Shown here: positions 33,884 to 36,179 of the stretch, piece by piece
Layout: each line of letters opens with the position of its first letter
Numbering within the stretch: the first letter of the stretch is position 1
IMG/VR virus record: IMGVR_UViG_3300033067_002335
Span: 1 to 36,179 of that record
Source: a virus
Taxonomy: Duplodnaviria > Caudoviricetes
Reading direction: 5' to 3' (one strand)
Length of the DNA: 36,179 nucleotides
The notes under the pieces: generated by a model
Told to the model about the DNA's origin: nothing
Databases searched by the model: none
Seen by the model: only the letters and a program-made list of their open reading frames with translations
Position numbers and translations under genes: made by a program

Positions 33884-36179
33884 ATGTCGGATGATATCAA
33901 CAAGCTGGCCAGCGAACTGGCCGCGCGGTACCGTACTGGTCGCCTGGTCAAAGCTGCCGCGGTCCAGGGCCCCGCACTGCCGCCTGGCTCCGGGGGCTAT
34001 ACGCCTGCACTGAACCGGTCATTGGGGCCGAATCCTGCTGGTCCCGTCGGCCCGGTGCCGCCCGGGGGTGGTGGCTATACGCCCGCGATGAATCGGCCGT
34101 TTCCGGCTGCTCCGTCGGTGGACTGGCTGACCGCTTTGCAGAATGATGCGGGCTCTACCTGGGGCAAGCTGCCCCCGGCGCTGCAGTACGCGTTGATCGG
34201 TGGCGGCGGGTTGGGCGCGCTGGGGCTGTTGTCGGATCCCGGTGAAGATGCCGCTGGCCGTAAACGGAGCCGTTTGACGCGCGCGTTGCGCGGATTGCTG
34301 CTAGGCGGTGGTCTGGGCGGTGGCCTGGGCCTGATGATGCAGGCTGCCCCCGGCGCTACTGCCGGTCCTGGCACAACCAGCCCAGAGTTGGCGAGAGCGG
34401 AAGCGGCTGCTGCCGCAGCAGAGGCTAAACGCCAGGCGATCCTAAACCCGCCGGGAGAGCAGCAGCCGACAATTACGCCCAGTGTACTGGGGCTGGAAGC
34501 AACCAAAGCCCGCGCAACCCGGGATGCTGTTTTGCCGCCCACAGCGGCTGCGCCGATCGGGCCGGAGCAGATCAGTAACAGTCAGGCTTACGCCAAGCGT
34601 TACGGCTTTCCGGAAAACAGCATTCCGGAACGTCTGCAGAGCTCTGCCCAGCTGTCGCCGGAACAGCTGGATGCCAAGATGAAGAGCTGGCTGCCGCAGA
34701 ATGAAGCCGCGACGGCAGAGCAACTGCGCAATCGTGACACGGAGCAGATGCTGGCCGGGCTGATTGGCCCGGAAGGCGGCTCTGTTACGGACGGTTCGCT
34801 GTACCAGGGCGCTACACGCGGCGCGGGGCTTGGTGCCGCGTTGGGCGCTGGGCGCGCTATGGGGCAAAACGCCGCATCTTGGCATGCGCTCCGCAATCCG
34901 CAAACGATCAAGCTGAAAGAGCTGCTGGACGGGCTGAGTGTGCCGACAGGCGAGCAACAACCCGCACCTGGGCGTGTCCCGGGCACCGGTAAAATGGTAG
35001 AGCGCCGCGTTGCGGGTTTAGAGGGTTTGCGCCAGGCCATAGCCGGCAGCGCCAAGTCGGAAGCGTTGCGTACGCCGCCGCCGGGTGACCCGGGCCAGGC
35101 CGCAGTCATGGACAAGCGCATAGTCACGCCAGCACGGCAGTTCGCGCCCGCAAAACATCAGTATCTGCAGGAAGCGCCGGCGCAAATGGGCAAGCCGTTT
35201 ATGACATCTACCGGGCGCGTTGTTAAGCCGTTAATCGAACCCGCGCAGTACAGCAAACGGTTAGTGCAACCAGAGCAGCCTGCAACACCCGCGGTAATGG
35301 AAGATTACGTCAAGCAACCGGAGCGTCAGGCCAAGCCCGCTATTTTGCCGCGAGTCTCTGAAGAGCGGCTATTTGAGCAGCTGGCTAATACACCCAAGCG
35401 ACCGGCTGTTGGTGCTGGTGCGACTGACCATTTGCTTGCGCAGCATGGCAGTGCCTACGCTGGCGGCGGTTCGGGGCTGACGCCGGACGAAGTCCAGCGA
35501 CTTGCCAAGTTTCAGCCAAAATTCCAGCACCAGCCGGTAATCCGTAACACGCTGCGCGGCGCTGCCGGGGGAGCTTTGCTGGGCACTGGGCTTGGCGCGG
35601 CCATGCCTCTTATCGACAAGCATATTGATACGGCAGTGAATGCGGTGAAAGCTGCGCCCACGCAATTTCACAACTGGTTGCAGTTACGTGGTGATCCGCC
35701 GGCTTCACCCGCGCAGCCGCCGCAATTGCCGGCAGGTTCGCGCATGGGCGCGCCGCTGCCGAATTATGCTGCGCAGACCGGGCCGCAACTGCCGACAGTA
35801 CCCTCGCAGTTGTCGCAAGCGTTGGGACAGCAGCAACCGTTTGGGCAGGCGCCCGGGGCCAAGCCGGCTAAGTCGCCGACGCCTGCGGGTACCCCGGGCA
35901 TGATTGATCCAAGTCAATACCCCTCTGACTACCGGATTAACCAGAATATACAGCGCATACCGGCAACATCTTTAATTGATATACTGCCTACCGCCGAACG
36001 CCATGCGCGCCTCGCGGCGGAGGAGCGCATCGATGCGCTCGATCAGTTTGCCTACTACCAGACTGAGCTGGTAGCGCTTGGACGACTCGACACGCAGCCG
36101 CTCGTACAGGTCGGCGATCAAGTCGAATTCAGTAGGCTTGTGCGGCTCCGGATGCTCGCGGTCCATTGGATTGGTCATT
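33884..36179 (+). CDS. Pro/Gly-rich KxA/Gly-zipper putative virion protein, no stop inside the window (at least 765 aa; absent from the ORF track)
   Basis: Translated by hand from ATG 33884 (MSDDINKLASELAARYRTGRLVKAAAV...). No in-frame stop up to 36179. Gly-zippers LIGGGGLGALG, LLLGGGLGGGLG and GAAGGALLGTGLGA. Confidence 0.8.
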   Translation, partial: MSDDINKLASELAARYRTGRLVKAAAVQGPALPPGSGGYTPALNRSLGPNPAGPVGPVPPGGGGYTPAMNRPFPAAPSVDWLTALQNDAGSTWGKLPPALQYALIGGGGLGALGLLSDPGEDAAGRKRSRLTRALRGLLLGGGLGGGLGLMMQAAPGATAGPGTTSPELARAEAAAAAAEAKRQAILNPPGEQQPTITPSVLGLEATKARATRDAVLPPTAAAPIGPEQISNSQAYAKRYGFPENSIPERLQSSAQLSPEQLDAKMKSWLPQNEAATAEQLRNRDTEQMLAGLIGPEGGSVTDGSLYQGATRGAGLGAALGAGRAMGQNAASWHALRNPQTIKLKELLDGLSVPTGEQQPAPGRVPGTGKMVERRVAGLEGLRQAIAGSAKSEALRTPPPGDPGQAAVMDKRIVTPARQFAPAKHQYLQEAPAQMGKPFMTSTGRVVKPLIEPAQYSKRLVQPEQPATPAVMEDYVKQPERQAKPAILPRVSEERLFEQLANTPKRPAVGAGATDHLLAQHGSAYAGGGSGLTPDEVQRLAKFQPKFQHQPVIRNTLRGAAGGALLGTGLGAAMPLIDKHIDTAVNAVKAAPTQFHNWLQLRGDPPASPAQPPQLPAGSRMGAPLPNYAAQTGPQLPTVPSQLSQALGQQQPFGQAPGAKPAKSPTPAGTPGMIDPSQYPSDYRINQNIQRIPATSLIDILPTAERHARLAAEERIDALDQFAYYQTELVALGRLDTQPLVQVGDQVEFSRLVRLRMLAVHWIGH
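35972..36178 (-). CDS. Small hypothetical protein, convergent and overlapping the last + strand ORF
   Basis: 68-aa protein-like helical ORF; may start beyond the window. Confidence 0.4.
   Translation of the reverse strand: MTNPMDREHPEPHKPTEFDLIADLYERLRVESSKRYQLSLVVGKLIERIDALLRREARMAFGGRQYIN

Noticed and set aside
1-36179. Stop-codon reassignment (alternative genetic code)
   Set aside because: Genes tile densely under the standard code, and TAG, TGA and TAA all end genes right before the next start.

Overview
This window is a fragment of a large, GC-rich bacteriophage genome with nearly all genes tightly packed on the + strand. A Planctomycetota-type host is a weak inference from gene content. 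The centrepiece is a phage-encoded multisubunit RNA polymerase with an unusual layout. A reduced beta subunit is fused to the N-terminal (catalytic) half of beta' (13431-22139), and the C-terminal half of beta' is a separate gene (23072-25366). The two genes carry five inteins, all in active-centre motifs, three with LAGLIDADG endonuclease motifs. The intein in the catalytic DFDGD motif is atypical: the -1 residue is Asn (DFDGN|C), the intein ends in Tyr-Asp, and it contains a sigma70-like promoter, a perfect Shine-Dalgarno and an in-frame ATG. Around the RNAP are many uncharacterised probable virion proteins in which K-x-A/S motifs precede Gly-zipper segments. One has an apparently exact 459-bp duplication whose ends coincide with the KKLA motif, and another carries a 2H phosphoesterase domain. 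Also present are a holin-like gene with a membrane PAS protein, a membrane/lipoprotein/papain-like peptidase/thioredoxin-like cluster, an HExxH protein with a metallophosphoesterase, and a Thr-rich tail-like protein. No tRNA, rRNA or CRISPR array was seen. All calls come from reading motifs by eye; no database searches were run.
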